Of a stretch of 64,000 bases of DNA, positions 9,096-19,946 are shown in pieces. Below the pieces are notes generated by a model. It made no database searches. It was not told the origin of the DNA and saw only the letters and a program-made list of their open reading frames with translations. How positions within the stretch are numbered: position 1 is the stretch's first letter; every line of letters begins with the position of its first letter. The stretch is from Acidobacteriota bacterium (GTDB taxonomy: Bacteria; Acidobacteriota; Thermoanaerobaculia; Multivoradales; JAGPDF01): NCBI GenBank assembly GCA_017860005.1, contig JAFNAE010000001.1, positions 1,382 through 65,381 on the forward strand, written 5' to 3'. The translations under genes were made by a program, and so were the position numbers.

Positions 9096-10781
9096 GTGGC
9101 GCTCCGCTGGGTCGCGGCGCGCCTGCCGCCGGCCGCCCGAGAGTTGCACGCGGCGGGGCATCCTCGGCGCCTGGCCGAGCTGCTCGCCCTGCGCGGGGTC
9201 GAGAGCGACGCCCAGGCTGCCGCCTTCCTGGCTCCGTCTCGCGAGCAGCTCCACCCGGCGCGCGAGCTGCTCGGGCTCGACGAGGCGGTGACGCGGCTGG
9301 CCGACCTCTGCGCGCGGCATCGGGGCGTCGCGATCCTGGGCGACTACGACGTGGACGGCATCTCGGGTACCGCTTTGCTCGCCGCGGTCCTGCGCTCCGC
9401 GGGAGCGCGCGTCGAGACCCAGATCGGGCGCCGGCACGAGGAGGGTTACGGCTTCCATCCGGTGCACGCGCGACGGGCCGCAGAGCAGGGCGTGGAGCTG
9501 CTCGTCACCGTGGACTGCGGCACCAACTCCCTGGCCGCCGCCGAGGAGGCCGCGCGGCTCGGCCTCGCCCTGGTGGTCGTCGACCACCACATCCCGGAGG
9601 GAGCGCCCCCGCCGGGAGCGGTCCTGATCAACCCGCGCCAGGCGGGCTGCCGGTACCCGTTCCGCGAGCTCAGCGGCGCGGGCCTCGTTTTCAAGCTCGC
9701 GGTGGCGCTGCTCGAGCACCTGGGACGCGAGGTGCCCTGGCAGGCGCTGCTGCGCATCGCCTGCCTCGGCACCATCGCCGACGTGGCGCCGCTGGTGGGC
9801 GAGAACCGGGTGATCGCGGCGCTCGGCCTCGCGGCGCTCGCCAGCACCCGTTCCGCCGGCCTCGCCGCCCTGTTCGAGGAGGCCGGGGTGCGGCCGCCGC
9901 TGCGCGCCGTGGACGTCGGGTTTCGTCTCGGGCCGCGGCTCAACGCCGCGGGGCGGCTCGGTGCGGCCGAACCCGCGCTCGAGCTGCTGCTCGAGCGCGA
10001 CCCGGCGCGCGCGCGGGAGCTCGCCCGTCAGCTCGGCCGCGCCAACCGCGAGCGTCAGGAGCTCGAGGCCCGACTGCTGGAGGAGGCGCGCGCGGCGATC
10101 GAGTCGCGCGGCCGGCCGCCGATCGCGGTGGCGTGGAGCGGTGCGTGGCACCGTGGCGTGGTGGGCATCGTCGCCGCGAAGCTGGCGCGCGAGCTGCACC
10201 GGCCGGTCCTGTTGCTGGCGGTCGACGGCGATCTCGCCACCGGATCGGGCCGGAGCGTCGCCGCCGTCCACCTCCACGACTTCCTGGCCCCCTGGGCGGC
10301 TCGACTGGAGCGTTTCGGGGGACACGCCCAGGCGGTCGGGCTCACCGCCCGCACCGCGAGCCTCGACGCCCTGGCTCGCGAGTGGGAATCGGCTGCGGCG
10401 GCATGGCCCGCCGAGCTGCTCGAGGCCAGCCGCCACTACGACCTCGAGCTGGAGCTCTCCGAGGTCGGCGCCGGACTGCTCGCCGACCTCGAGCGAATGG
10501 AGCCGTGCGGCGCCGGCAACGAGGAACCGCTCTTCCGGCTCGGCCCCCTGACCACCGCCGGTCCGGTGCGCCGGTTCGGCAACGGCCACGCCTCGCTCCC
10601 GCTCGTCGCGAGCGGAGCGGAGGGTCCGGCGGTCGATGCGGTGGGCTGGGGCTGGGCGGAGCGCCTGGACGCGCTGCCCGCGAGCTTCGAGGTGCTGGCG
10701 CGCGTCGAGCGCGACCGGTGGCGGGGAGGCGCCCGCCTGCGCCTCGAAGATCTCCGGCCGCTGGGCGGTAGCGCGAACTAG
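9096..10781 (+). CDS. recJ: Single-stranded-DNA-specific exonuclease (DHH/DHHA1)
   Basis: GDYDVDG, TVDCG, VDHH, PRLNAAGRL, GSGRS, FGGH; start at GTG 9096 inferred. Confidence 0.93.
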   Translation: MALRWVAARLPPAARELHAAGHPRRLAELLALRGVESDAQAAAFLAPSREQLHPARELLGLDEAVTRLADLCARHRGVAILGDYDVDGISGTALLAAVLRSAGARVETQIGRRHEEGYGFHPVHARRAAEQGVELLVTVDCGTNSLAAAEEAARLGLALVVVDHHIPEGAPPPGAVLINPRQAGCRYPFRELSGAGLVFKLAVALLEHLGREVPWQALLRIACLGTIADVAPLVGENRVIAALGLAALASTRSAGLAALFEEAGVRPPLRAVDVGFRLGPRLNAAGRLGAAEPALELLLERDPARARELARQLGRANRERQELEARLLEEARAAIESRGRPPIAVAWSGAWHRGVVGIVAAKLARELHRPVLLLAVDGDLATGSGRSVAAVHLHDFLAPWAARLERFGGHAQAVGLTARTASLDALAREWESAAAAWPAELLEASRHYDLELELSEVGAGLLADLERMEPCGAGNEEPLFRLGPLTTAGPVRRFGNGHASLPLVASGAEGPAVDAVGWGWAERLDALPASFEVLARVERDRWRGGARLRLEDLRPLGGSAN

Positions 10782-10791
10782 AATCAGATCG

Positions 10792-12801
10792 ATGCCGGTT
10801 CCGGGCGAGCCGCGGTCTCCGTTCCGCCGCCTTCGGCGCGCGTTGCTGGCCACCTTCGTGCTGGCCCTGGCGGCGGTGGGGGGGCTCTACGTCCTGGGAC
10901 GGCCACCGGCTCCGGCAGTGATCCAGGAGGCGCCGGAACCGGCCGTCGAGCCGGCCGGAGGCGAGGCCCGGTCGCGACGCCCGGCCCGGAGCGCCCCGGT
11001 CGTCACCAGCGAGGGCTTCGAGTACGAGCAGAGGGTCGGCCAGCGCAGCGCCTTCCGCCTGCGCGGCGAGCGATTCACGACCGACCAGGAGGGCCTCGTC
11101 TCGCTGCAGGGCGTGGGGCTGGAGCTCAACCGCGAGAGCGGCGAGGCCTATCAGGTCGAGAGCCGGCGCGCGACCTGGGATCCGGCCACGCGCGAGGCCC
11201 GGCTCGCCGGCGAGGTGAGACTCGCGGGCGGCCGTGGGTTCCACCTCGAGGCCGAGCGGCTCGACCTCCTCGAGGGTGGCCAGGCGGTGGTCGCCCGCTC
11301 GCCGGTGACCTTCGGTCTCGGGCAGCGCTTCTCGGGGCGTGCCGCCGGCCTGCGCCTCGATCTCGAGCACGATGTCGTGCACCTCCGTGACCGCGTCCGG
11401 GTGTGGGGGACCGACGCGCCCGGCGAGAGCCCGCTCGGACTCGAAGCCGACGATCTCGCCTACGAGCGCGAATCCCGAGGCCTGCGGGCGACCGGCAACG
11501 TGCTGCTCTCCTCGGGCGCCGACCGGCTCCGGGCGGAGCGCATCGACGTCGCCCTGCTCCCGGACGAGAGCGCGCCCCGGAGCGCGCTCGCCACCGGACA
11601 GGTCCGGGGCAGCGTCGATCCCGCCGCGGACGAGGCCGGGGACGCGGGCGCCCTCACCTTCGAGGCCACGCGGGTGACAGCGCTGTTCGGCACCCGGCCC
11701 GCGCGCCCGGTCGAGCTCGAGCTGGAAGGCGAGGAGGGCGTCCCGGTGCGCGCGGTCCTGCGCGGCTCGGACCGCGTGCAGCGCGCGCTCCTGGCGCCGC
11801 GCGTGAAGGTCGCGCTCGCCGAGGGCCGGACGCGCGCCGCCTTCGCGGAGGGAGGCGTGGATCTGAGCGAGGCGCCCGTGGACGAGCCGACCCGCCTCCT
11901 GCGCAGCGCGACCTCGGAGCGCCTCGAGGCCGAGTACGGCGCCGCGGGCGAGCTCTCGACGGTGCGCCTTCTCGGCGCGGTCACGCTGCGCCAGGGCGAG
12001 GTCGAGGCGACCGCCGAGCGCGCCGAGTCCGAGGTGGCGAGCGGCCGGGCCGTGCTGACCTCGGCGCGCGAGAGGGTGCGCGTGCGCTCGCCCCGCGGCG
12101 AGCTGCGCGCGCCGCGCGTCGAGCTCGAGCGCACCGGCGGGGTGGTCCGGGCGCGCGGAGGGGTCTTCGCGGAGCTCCCGGCCGGGGCCCCCGGCCTCCA
12201 GCTCGGCCCTGCCACGGGCGACGGCCGTCCGCCGACCCGCGTCGAGTCGCGCGAGGCCGACGGCAGCGAGGAGCGGCGCGAATGGCGCTTCCGCGGCGAG
12301 GTGCGAGGCTCGCAGGGCGACAGCCTCCTGTTCGCCGACGAGCTGAGAGGAACGGAAGCCACGGGCGTCGTGGTCGCGGAGGGCGGCGTGCGCTCGGTCT
12401 GGGAGGACCGCTCCGAAGGCGCCCGCCCGGTGCCGACCACCGTCTCGGCCGCGCGACTGGTCTACGATCGGGATGCGCGCGAGGTGAAGTACACGGGGGG
12501 AGTCGAGGTGCGACAGGCCGAGCGGACGATGAACTGCGAGACGCTGACCGTGGAGCTCGACCAGCAGCAACGAGCGCGCAGGATGTCCGCCGCCGGGGCG
12601 GTGAAGATCGTCGACAGCGTCGCCGGCAGGACCGTGACCGGAGAGAGCGCCGAGCACGATCTCGCGGCGCGCACGGTGCTGGTCCTGGGCGCGCCGGTGG
12701 TGTTGTCCGAGGCCGGTGGCGCGACAGTGCGCGGCCGCCGCCTCCTCTACGACCTCGCCGCCGGGTCGGCGCGCATGCTGGCCGAGGACGCGTCGCCGTG
12801 A
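10792..12801 (+). CDS. Large LptC/LptA(OstA)-like LPS transport periplasmic protein with N-terminal TM anchor
   Basis: TM helix then repeated beta-jellyroll-like segments ([25 protein letters not shown]); directly upstream of lptB. Confidence 0.75.
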   Translation: MPVPGEPRSPFRRLRRALLATFVLALAAVGGLYVLGRPPAPAVIQEAPEPAVEPAGGEARSRRPARSAPVVTSEGFEYEQRVGQRSAFRLRGERFTTDQEGLVSLQGVGLELNRESGEAYQVESRRATWDPATREARLAGEVRLAGGRGFHLEAERLDLLEGGQAVVARSPVTFGLGQRFSGRAAGLRLDLEHDVVHLRDRVRVWGTDAPGESPLGLEADDLAYERESRGLRATGNVLLSSGADRLRAERIDVALLPDESAPRSALATGQVRGSVDPAADEAGDAGALTFEATRVTALFGTRPARPVELELEGEEGVPVRAVLRGSDRVQRALLAPRVKVALAEGRTRAAFAEGGVDLSEAPVDEPTRLLRSATSERLEAEYGAAGELSTVRLLGAVTLRQGEVEATAERAESEVASGRAVLTSARERVRVRSPRGELRAPRVELERTGGVVRARGGVFAELPAGAPGLQLGPATGDGRPPTRVESREADGSEERREWRFRGEVRGSQGDSLLFADELRGTEATGVVVAEGGVRSVWEDRSEGARPVPTTVSAARLVYDRDAREVKYTGGVEVRQAERTMNCETLTVELDQQQRARRMSAAGAVKIVDSVAGRTVTGESAEHDLAARTVLVLGAPVVLSEAGGATVRGRRLLYDLAAGSARMLAEDASP

Positions 12802-13532
12802 CCGACGCGCCTGCCGTGCTGCGCGCCGAGGAGCTGCGCAAGGTCTACGGCGGCCGCGCGGTGGTGCAGGGTGTCTCGGTCGAGATCCGCCCCGGCGAGG
12901 TGGTCGGCTTGCTCGGACCCAACGGCGCGGGCAAGACGACGACCTTCTACATGGTGGTCGGGCTCGTGCCGCCGGACGGCGGCAGGGTCTTCCTGGGCGC
13001 CGACGACATCACCGGGCTGCCCATGTACCAGCGCGCGCAGCGCGGCATCAGCTACCTGCCCCAGGAGCCCTCCGTCTTCCGGAAGATGTCGGTCGAGGAC
13101 AACCTGCGCGCCATCTTCGAGACGCTCGATCTGTCCCACGCCGAGCAGGAGCGGAGGATCGACCGGCTGGTGGAGGACTTCAAGCTCACCCGCGTGCGCA
13201 AGAGCCACGGTTACATGCTGTCGGGCGGAGAGCGCAGGAGGGTCGAGATCGCGCGCGCCCTCGCCATCAGCCCATCCTTCATCCTGCTCGACGAGCCCTT
13301 CGCCGGCATCGACCCGATCGCGGTGCTCGACATACAAGGTATCATCCGACACCTGAAGCAGATGGGAATCGGCGTCCTGATCACAGACCACAACGTGCGC
13401 GAGACGCTCAAGATCACGAGTCGCGCGTACATCATCAACAACGGCGAGATCCTGCGCTCGGGCTCGCCCGAGGAGCTCTCGACCGACCCGCAGGTACGCA
13501 AGATCTACCTCGGCGAGGAATTCAGTCTCTGA
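12798..13532 (+). CDS. lptB: LPS export ABC transporter ATPase
   Basis: [52 protein letters not shown]. Confidence 0.96.
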   Translation: MTDAPAVLRAEELRKVYGGRAVVQGVSVEIRPGEVVGLLGPNGAGKTTTFYMVVGLVPPDGGRVFLGADDITGLPMYQRAQRGISYLPQEPSVFRKMSVEDNLRAIFETLDLSHAEQERRIDRLVEDFKLTRVRKSHGYMLSGGERRRVEIARALAISPSFILLDEPFAGIDPIAVLDIQGIIRHLKQMGIGVLITDHNVRETLKITSRAYIINNGEILRSGSPEELSTDPQVRKIYLGEEFSL

Positions 13533-13544
13533 CCCCGGCCCGGA

Positions 13545-15029
13545 ATGGCGCTCGAACAGAAGCTCTCCCTCAAGCTCTCCCAGCGGCTCGTCATGACGCC
13601 GTCGCTGCAGCAGGCCATCAAGCTGCTGCAGATGACGCGCCTGGAGCTCGAGACCGTGGTCGCCCAGGAGCTGGTGGAGAATCCCGTGCTCGAAGAGATC
13701 GAGGAGGGCGTCGAGGAGGAGGAAGCGGTCGCCGCGGGCAGCGCCGAGGCCGAGCCGGCGACTCCGCCAGAGCCCGAGGTCACTCCCGAGATCGAGCCGA
13801 TGTCCAAGAACGCGCTCGAGGAGACCGGGCTCGACGCCTACCTCGCCGAGGACTGGCCGGACGAGAGCCGGCTGGGGGGCGGAGAGTGGGAGGCGCGCGA
13901 GGCCCCGCCGATCGAGAACACGCTGACCCGGGAGCCGGACCTCTACGATCACCTGCTCTGGCAGATCCACCTCTCCGACTTCGCGCCGCGCGAGCGCAAG
14001 ATCGCCGAGGAGATCGTCGGCAACCTGGACCCGGACGGATTCCTGGTCGCCTCGGTCGAGGAGATCCGCCGCTCGGCGCTCGAGCGGGGAGACGACTGGA
14101 GCGCCGAGGAGGTCTCGGCGGCGCTCGACCGGGTGCGTCGACTCGATCCTCCGGGGATCGCCTGCGCGAGCCTGCAGGAGAGCCTGCTGCTCCAGCTCGA
14201 TCTCGCGGAGGAACCCCAGGACTCGCTGGCGCGCCGCGTGCTGGCGGAGCACTGGGATGCCTTCCTGCGCCGCCAGTACCCGCCGATCGCACGCCTGCTG
14301 GGCGTCACGCTGCAGGACCTCGAGCCGGTCATCGAGCGCATCCGCGCGCTCCAGACGAGGCCCGGGCGGGCCTATGGCAACGACCGTCCGCTCTACGTGG
14401 AGCCGGACGTCCACGTCATCAAGGTCGGCGACGACTACGTGATCCAGCTCAACGACGACGGCCTGCCCAGACTGCGCGTCAGCCGCGCCTATCGCCGGAT
14501 GCTCCAGCAGATGCGGGCCGAGGGCCGGCAGGGCGAGGCCCAGCAGTTCATCTCCGAGAAGATGCGTTCCGCGATGTGGCTGATCAAGAGTCTCGATCAG
14601 CGTCAACGGACGATCTACAAGGTCGCCGAGTCGATCGTGCGCCAGCAGCGGGAGTTCCTCGATCTGGGGCTGGACTACCTGCGCCCCATGGTCCTGCGCG
14701 ACGTCGCCGAGGACATCGGCATGCACGAGTCCACGGTCTCCCGCGTCGTCTCCAACAAGTACGTCCATACGCCGCGCGGCCTGTTCCCGCTCAAGTTCTT
14801 CTTCCACAGCGGCATCGACCGCGACTACGGGGAGGACATCTCCTCGCTCACCGTCAAGCGCAAGATCAAGCAGCTCATCGAGGCCGAGGATGCGCGCCAC
14901 CCGCTCTCCGACAGCGAGCTGATGCGCATCCTCAATCGGGAGGGCATCCAGATCGCCCGTCGGACGGTCGCGAAGTACCGGGACGAGTTGAATCTCCCGT
15001 CGTCTTCGGACCGGAGGAAGATCTTCTGA
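13545..15029 (+). CDS. rpoN: RNA polymerase sigma-54 factor
   Basis: MTPSLQQAIKLLQ, HESTVSR, RpoN box ARRTVAKYR. Confidence 0.97.
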   Translation: MALEQKLSLKLSQRLVMTPSLQQAIKLLQMTRLELETVVAQELVENPVLEEIEEGVEEEEAVAAGSAEAEPATPPEPEVTPEIEPMSKNALEETGLDAYLAEDWPDESRLGGGEWEAREAPPIENTLTREPDLYDHLLWQIHLSDFAPRERKIAEEIVGNLDPDGFLVASVEEIRRSALERGDDWSAEEVSAALDRVRRLDPPGIACASLQESLLLQLDLAEEPQDSLARRVLAEHWDAFLRRQYPPIARLLGVTLQDLEPVIERIRALQTRPGRAYGNDRPLYVEPDVHVIKVGDDYVIQLNDDGLPRLRVSRAYRRMLQQMRAEGRQGEAQQFISEKMRSAMWLIKSLDQRQRTIYKVAESIVRQQREFLDLGLDYLRPMVLRDVAEDIGMHESTVSRVVSNKYVHTPRGLFPLKFFFHSGIDRDYGEDISSLTVKRKIKQLIEAEDARHPLSDSELMRILNREGIQIARRTVAKYRDELNLPSSSDRRKIF

Positions 15030-15057
15030 TCGTGGACTACCGCGCGAAAGGAGAGCC

Positions 15058-15609
15058 ATGAACATCGAGTACGTCGGCCGCCACGTCACGCTCGATGATC
15101 GTATTCGTGCCCACGCCGAGCAGAAGCTCGGGCGGATCCTCAAGTTCCTGGCCGAGCCGGTGGAGGTCCATGTCTCGCTCGACGCCGAGAAGCACCGGCA
15201 GATCGCCGAGATCAGGCTCAGCCATCGCCACGGCAGCGTGCGCGCCCGGGAGGAGAACGCCGACGTCCTCGAAGCGATCGACCTCGCGGTCGAGCATCTC
15301 GAGCGCCAGGCGCGCCGCTCACGCAAGAAGTCCGTGGACCGCCGGCGCCGCGCCAATCGCTTCGCGGCCGAGGACCGCCACTGGCCGTTCGATGTTCTCG
15401 AGCGGGAGAGCGTGGGCAAGGGCGCTGCGCCACGAATCGTGAAGTCGTCGCGCCTCGAGATCAAGCCGATGTCGCTCGACGATGCTGCCCTCCAGCTGGA
15501 GACTTCCCGCAACGGGTTCGTGGTCTTCCTCGACGCCGAGAGCGAGAAGGTGAGCGTTCTCTACAAGCGCCGGGACGACAACTACGGCCTGATCGTGCCC
15601 GAGGTCTGA
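15058..15609 (+). CDS. hpf: Ribosome hibernation promoting factor, long form
   Basis: S30EA N domain plus C-terminal KPMSLDDAALQL...YKRRDDNYGLI. Confidence 0.92.
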   Translation: MNIEYVGRHVTLDDRIRAHAEQKLGRILKFLAEPVEVHVSLDAEKHRQIAEIRLSHRHGSVRAREENADVLEAIDLAVEHLERQARRSRKKSVDRRRRANRFAAEDRHWPFDVLERESVGKGAAPRIVKSSRLEIKPMSLDDAALQLETSRNGFVVFLDAESEKVSVLYKRRDDNYGLIVPEV

Positions 15610-16617
15610 ATGAGGAAGCTCTCGGGGAAGGCCTTGCGCGCCGGCAGCCACGAAGCGGTCGTGGAGACCTCCTTCGTCGAGGTCGCAGAGCTGCTGGGCG
15701 AGGAGCTCTCCGACCTGCACCTGACCGTGGTCGCCGGCGAGGCCCACCTCGACAACCGGATCACGCACCCGCGGGTCCAGAAGCCCGGCCTCGCCTTCGC
15801 GGGCCACTACTCCTACATCAAGCCCGGGCGCGTGCAGATCGTCGGCGAGAGCGAGCTCGAGTACCTCCGCACGCTCGCCCCCGAGGAGCGCAGCGAGCGT
15901 TGCCGCCGCATCGCGTCGATGCCGGTGCCGGTGCTGGTCGTTACCAAGGGCCTCCCGGCCCTGCCGGAGCTGATCGCGGCGTGCCGCGCCGGGCAGGTGC
16001 CGCTGCTCGCATCGACGGCGCTCTCGTCGGTCGTGATCAAGAGGATCAGCTATTTCCTGGAGGACCACCTGGTGCCGTCGACGCGGCTCCACGGCACGCT
16101 GGTCGAGGTCTACGGGCTGGGCGTCCTCATCCTCGGCACGAGCGGCGTCGGCAAGAGCGAGGCGGCTCTCGACCTGATCACCCGCGGCCACAGCCTGGTC
16201 GCTGACGACCGGGTCTCGATCAAGCGCTATCCGAGCGGCGAGCTGATCGGTTCCACCGAGGAGCCGCTCCGGCATCACATGGAGCTGCGCGGCCTCGGAA
16301 TCGTCAACGTCAAGGACCTCTTCGGCCTCGCGGCGATCCGCGAGCGCAAGTCGATCGACCTGGTGGTCGAGCTCGAGCCGTGGCGGGAGGGCAAGGCCTA
16401 CGACCGGCTCGGACTCGACGAGACCGTGTACACGATCCTCGACACGCCCTGCCCCTACATCCGCATGCCGGTCGCGGTGGGCCGGAACATCGCGAACCTG
16501 GTCGAGATCGCGGCCAGGAACCACGTCCTGAAGCTCCAGGGCACGCATTCGGCGCGCGAGTTCGCGCGCAAGCTGGAGGAGCAGCTTGAGCGGAATCGCA
16601 AGGGACGATCGCGCTGA
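15610..16617 (+). CDS. hprK: HPr(Ser) kinase/phosphorylase
   Basis: HGTLVEVYG, GTSGVGKSE, LVADD, ELRGLGI; start may be GTG 15661. Confidence 0.95.
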   Translation: MRKLSGKALRAGSHEAVVETSFVEVAELLGEELSDLHLTVVAGEAHLDNRITHPRVQKPGLAFAGHYSYIKPGRVQIVGESELEYLRTLAPEERSERCRRIASMPVPVLVVTKGLPALPELIAACRAGQVPLLASTALSSVVIKRISYFLEDHLVPSTRLHGTLVEVYGLGVLILGTSGVGKSEAALDLITRGHSLVADDRVSIKRYPSGELIGSTEEPLRHHMELRGLGIVNVKDLFGLAAIRERKSIDLVVELEPWREGKAYDRLGLDETVYTILDTPCPYIRMPVAVGRNIANLVEIAARNHVLKLQGTHSAREFARKLEEQLERNRKGRSR

Positions 16618-17479
16618 GCTCGTCCTCATCACCGGCCTCTCCGGATCGGGGAAGAGCACGGTCGCCAACTGCTTCGAGGACCTGGGCTTCGCGGTGGTCG
16701 ACAACCTCCCGCTGCCGCTGCTCGACCGGTTCCTCGCCGATCCCGTCGGTTACAGCGCGGGCCGGAACCGGATCGCGGTGGTCTCGGATCTGCGTGCGCC
16801 CGGCTTCGACACCGAGGCGCCGAGGCTCTGGCGCGGCCTCGACCGCACGCGGCTCTCTCCCACGCTCATCTTCCTGGAGTCCTCCGACGAGGCGCTCGTG
16901 CGCCGATTCTCGGAGACACGACGGCCGCACCCGCTGGGGACGGATCGGTCGATCCTCGATGCCATCCGCCTCGAGCGCGAGATGTTGGTCGACCTGCGGG
17001 GTGCGGCGGACCTCGTTCTCGACACCTCGGACTGGTCGGTTCACGACATCCGCAGCCTCGTCTATCGGGAATTCGGACGCGCGAGCGGGCACGAGCCGGC
17101 CATGGCTCTCAGCCTGCTCAGCTTCGGCTTCAAGCACGGCGTTCCCGCCGGGTGCGACCTGCTGTTCGACGTGCGCTTCCTGCCCAACCCTCACTTCGTG
17201 GCCGGACTGAGGGAGGCGACCGGGCTCGACGAACCGGTTCTCGATTTCCTCGAGCGGCAACCGGACTTCGAGAACCTCGTCGCCCGGCTCGCCGACCTGC
17301 TGGGCTTCCTGCTCCCGCGCTACGCGCAGGAGAACCGCAGCTACCTCACCGTCGGCGTCGGCTGCACCGGCGGCAGGCACAGGTCGGTCGCCGTCGTCGA
17401 ACGCCTGGCGGACCGGCTGGCGGGCTCGGGCTGGACGGCGCGACGCAACCATCGCGAGCTCGCCCGGGAGCGCGGATGA
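16586..17479 (+). CDS. rapZ: RNase adapter / UDP-GlcNAc sensor (RapZ/YvcJ)
   Basis: TGLSGSGKS, VDNLP, RRFSETRRPHPL, FDVRFLPNP, GCTGGRHRSV. Confidence 0.95.
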   Translation: MSGIARDDRAELVLITGLSGSGKSTVANCFEDLGFAVVDNLPLPLLDRFLADPVGYSAGRNRIAVVSDLRAPGFDTEAPRLWRGLDRTRLSPTLIFLESSDEALVRRFSETRRPHPLGTDRSILDAIRLEREMLVDLRGAADLVLDTSDWSVHDIRSLVYREFGRASGHEPAMALSLLSFGFKHGVPAGCDLLFDVRFLPNPHFVAGLREATGLDEPVLDFLERQPDFENLVARLADLLGFLLPRYAQENRSYLTVGVGCTGGRHRSVAVVERLADRLAGSGWTARRNHRELARERG

Positions 17480-17907
17480 TCTCGGTCCTGCTCGTCACCC
17501 ACGGACGGCTCGCCGAGGAGCTGCTCTCCGCCGCACGGGTGATCGCCGGCGAGCTCCCCAATTTCCGCGCCCTCTCGCTCGAGTGGAGCGAAGGCATCGA
17601 CGAGGCACGAGCGCGCATCGCGCGCGAGGTCGGCGCGCTCGACCAGGGCGCCGGGGTGCTGATCCTGACCGACATGTTCGGCGACACGCCGTCCAACGCT
17701 GCGCTCGCGCTGCGCGAGGAGGGCAGGGTCGAGGTGGTGACCGGCGTCAACCTCCCCATGGTGGTGCGTCTCGGGTGCACGCGCGTCGAGCGTCAGAGCC
17801 TGGAGGAGACGGCGCGCTGGCTGGAGATCAAGGGGCGACGCAGCATCGCGCGCGCCGGCTCCGTCTCCCACGGACCGCTCCCCGGCGGAGACGTCGGCGG
17901 TGGTTGA
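17476..17907 (+). CDS. PTS EIIA component, mannose/fructose type
   Basis: LVTHG, LTDMFGDTPSN, GVNLPMV. Confidence 0.9.
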   Translation: MISVLLVTHGRLAEELLSAARVIAGELPNFRALSLEWSEGIDEARARIAREVGALDQGAGVLILTDMFGDTPSNAALALREEGRVEVVTGVNLPMVVRLGCTRVERQSLEETARWLEIKGRRSIARAGSVSHGPLPGGDVGGG

Positions 17908-18172
17908 GGAGAGGATCCGGGTGATCAACCGGCTCGGACTCCACGCGCGCGCGGCGGCCAAGCTCGTGCACCTGGCTTCGAGCTTCGCGAGCGACGTGCA
18001 GCTCGTCTTCGAGGACGGCGAGGAGATCGACGGCAAGAGCATCCTAGGCATCCTGGGCCGCGGAGCGGCGCAGGGAACCGAGCTCTCGGTGCGCTGCGCG
18101 GGCGGCGACGAGGGCGCCGCGCTGGCCGCGATCTCGCAGCTGTTCGCGGGCCGCTTCGGCGAAGGGGAGTGA
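17900..18172 (+). CDS. ptsH: Phosphocarrier protein HPr
   Basis: GLHARAA (His15), DGKSILG (Ser46). Confidence 0.93.
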   Translation: MVEERIRVINRLGLHARAAAKLVHLASSFASDVQLVFEDGEEIDGKSILGILGRGAAQGTELSVRCAGGDEGAALAAISQLFAGRFGEGE

Positions 18173-18179
18173 GGGAGCC

Positions 18180-19946
18180 ATGACCGGACGGGCCCGGATG
18201 AAGCGCCTGGCGGGGATGGGGGTCTCCGAAGGGGTCGCGATCGGGCGCGCGGTCGTGGCCGCGAAGCGCGACGTCGAGGTCTTCCGGATCCCGATCCCGG
18301 AAGAGGGCATCGACCGCGAGATCGTCCGCTTCCGCTCGGCCTGCGAGGAGACCAAGCGCGGTATCCAGCGCACGCGCAGCAACGTCGGCAAGCTGTTCGG
18401 GCAGGAGCTGGCGGCGATCTTCGACGCCCACCAGCTCCTGCTCGCGGACCGCACCTACATCGACGACATCGAGCGGCGCATCCAGCGCGATCGCATCAAC
18501 GTCGAATGGGCGGTCCATGAATCCACGGTGGCGCTCGCCAAGCGCTTCGCGAAGATCGACGACGAGTACCTGCGCGAACGCGGGCAGGACCTGGAGGACG
18601 TGTCGCGCCAGCTCCTGCGCACCCTGCAGGGCATCGCACACCACGAGATCTCCGAGGTCCATGGCGAGGTGATCCTGGTCGCCGACGACCTGGTGCCCTC
18701 CGAGGCGATTCGTCTCGGGCGGGCCAACGTGGTGGGATTCGTCGTCGAGTCCGGGGGCCGCACCTCCCACACCTCGATCATCGCCCGCTCGCTCGGCATC
18801 CCGACCGTGTCCGGCGTGGTCGGCGTCACCGGCATGGTCACCGACGAGGACCCGATCGTGGTGGACGGCGGCCGCGGTGTCGTCGTGCTCCATCCGACCG
18901 AGCAGGTGCTCGAGGAGTACAGGAGCGAGCGCTCGGCCGCCGATCGGCGCGCGCGGCGACCCTCCGTCGAGCGCAGTGACCGGCCGGCCCTGACCCGCGA
19001 CGGCGTCGAGCTCGAGCTGATGGCGAACATCGACCTGCCCGAGGAGCTGTCGCAGTACGAGCGCAGCGGGGCGCGCGGCATCGGCCTCTATCGCAGCGAG
19101 TTCCTCTACATGGAGACGGATCCGCACCTGCCCACCGAGGAGGACCACCACCGCATCTACAGGCGCCTGATCGACGCGGCACATCCCTTCCCGGCGAACA
19201 TCCGGACCTACGACCTGGGTGGACGCAAGCTCGCGCGCGAGATGATGGAGACCTCGGAGGAGAACCCGGTGCTCGGACTGCGCGGCATCCGGCTCACTCT
19301 CGCCCGTCCCCAGATCTTCCGGGTCCAGCTGCGCGCCCTGCTGCGCGCCGGGGCCGGGAGGCAGCCGTGGATCATGGCGCCGCTGGTCAGCCGCGTGGAG
19401 GAGGTGCGCAGGCTGCGCGCGACGCTCGACGAGGTGGCGGCGGAGCTCGACCGCGAGGGCGTGGAGCGCGCCGCGACCTACCGGCTCGGCATCATGATCG
19501 AGGTGCCGGCGGCGGCCCTGATCGCCGACATGCTGGCGCGCGAGGTGGACTTCTTCGCCATCGGCACCAACGACCTGATCCAGTACGCCCTGGCCGTCGA
19601 CCGCAACAACCGCGAGGTCGCCGATCTGTACCAGCCCCTCCATCCGGCGATCCTGCGCATGCTACGCTCGGTGGTCGAGGGCGGGCGCGCTGCGGGCATC
19701 CCGGTGAGCCTGTGCGGCGAGATGGCGGCGGACGAGAAGTACCTGGCGCTCCTGCTGGGCCTGGGACTCCGGCGGTTGTCGGTGCACCCGCGCTCGGTGC
19801 CCGTGTTGCGCCGCCTGGCGGCCGAGGTGGACGTGACGAAGATCGAGGCGATCGCCGGCGAGTGTTGCGAGCTGCCTTCGGCCCAGGAGGTGGAGGAGCG
19901 CCTGCGCCACCGGCGCCCGCGGCAGCCCGCGCGAGAGAGCCAGTGA
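18180..19946 (+). CDS. ptsI: PEP-protein phosphotransferase (PTS enzyme I)
   Basis: GGRTSHTSI, GIGLYRSE, ENPVLGLRGIR, IGTNDLIQY, CGEMAAD; no GAF domain. Confidence 0.95.
   Translation: MTGRARMKRLAGMGVSEGVAIGRAVVAAKRDVEVFRIPIPEEGIDREIVRFRSACEETKRGIQRTRSNVGKLFGQELAAIFDAHQLLLADRTYIDDIERRIQRDRINVEWAVHESTVALAKRFAKIDDEYLRERGQDLEDVSRQLLRTLQGIAHHEISEVHGEVILVADDLVPSEAIRLGRANVVGFVVESGGRTSHTSIIARSLGIPTVSGVVGVTGMVTDEDPIVVDGGRGVVVLHPTEQVLEEYRSERSAADRRARRPSVERSDRPALTRDGVELELMANIDLPEELSQYERSGARGIGLYRSEFLYMETDPHLPTEEDHHRIYRRLIDAAHPFPANIRTYDLGGRKLAREMMETSEENPVLGLRGIRLTLARPQIFRVQLRALLRAGAGRQPWIMAPLVSRVEEVRRLRATLDEVAAELDREGVERAATYRLGIMIEVPAAALIADMLAREVDFFAIGTNDLIQYALAVDRNNREVADLYQPLHPAILRMLRSVVEGGRAAGIPVSLCGEMAADEKYLALLLGLGLRRLSVHPRSVPVLRRLAAEVDVTKIEAIAGECCELPSAQEVEERLRHRRPRQPARESQ

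Noticed and set aside
12747..15512. Long antisense and alternate-frame ORFs (e.g. 921 aa opposite rpoN, 839 aa at 29781-32300, 815 aa opposite tolB)
   Set aside because: Shadow ORFs expected from high-GC codon usage; low-complexity Arg/Pro/Ala content or mirror of real genes, with no motifs
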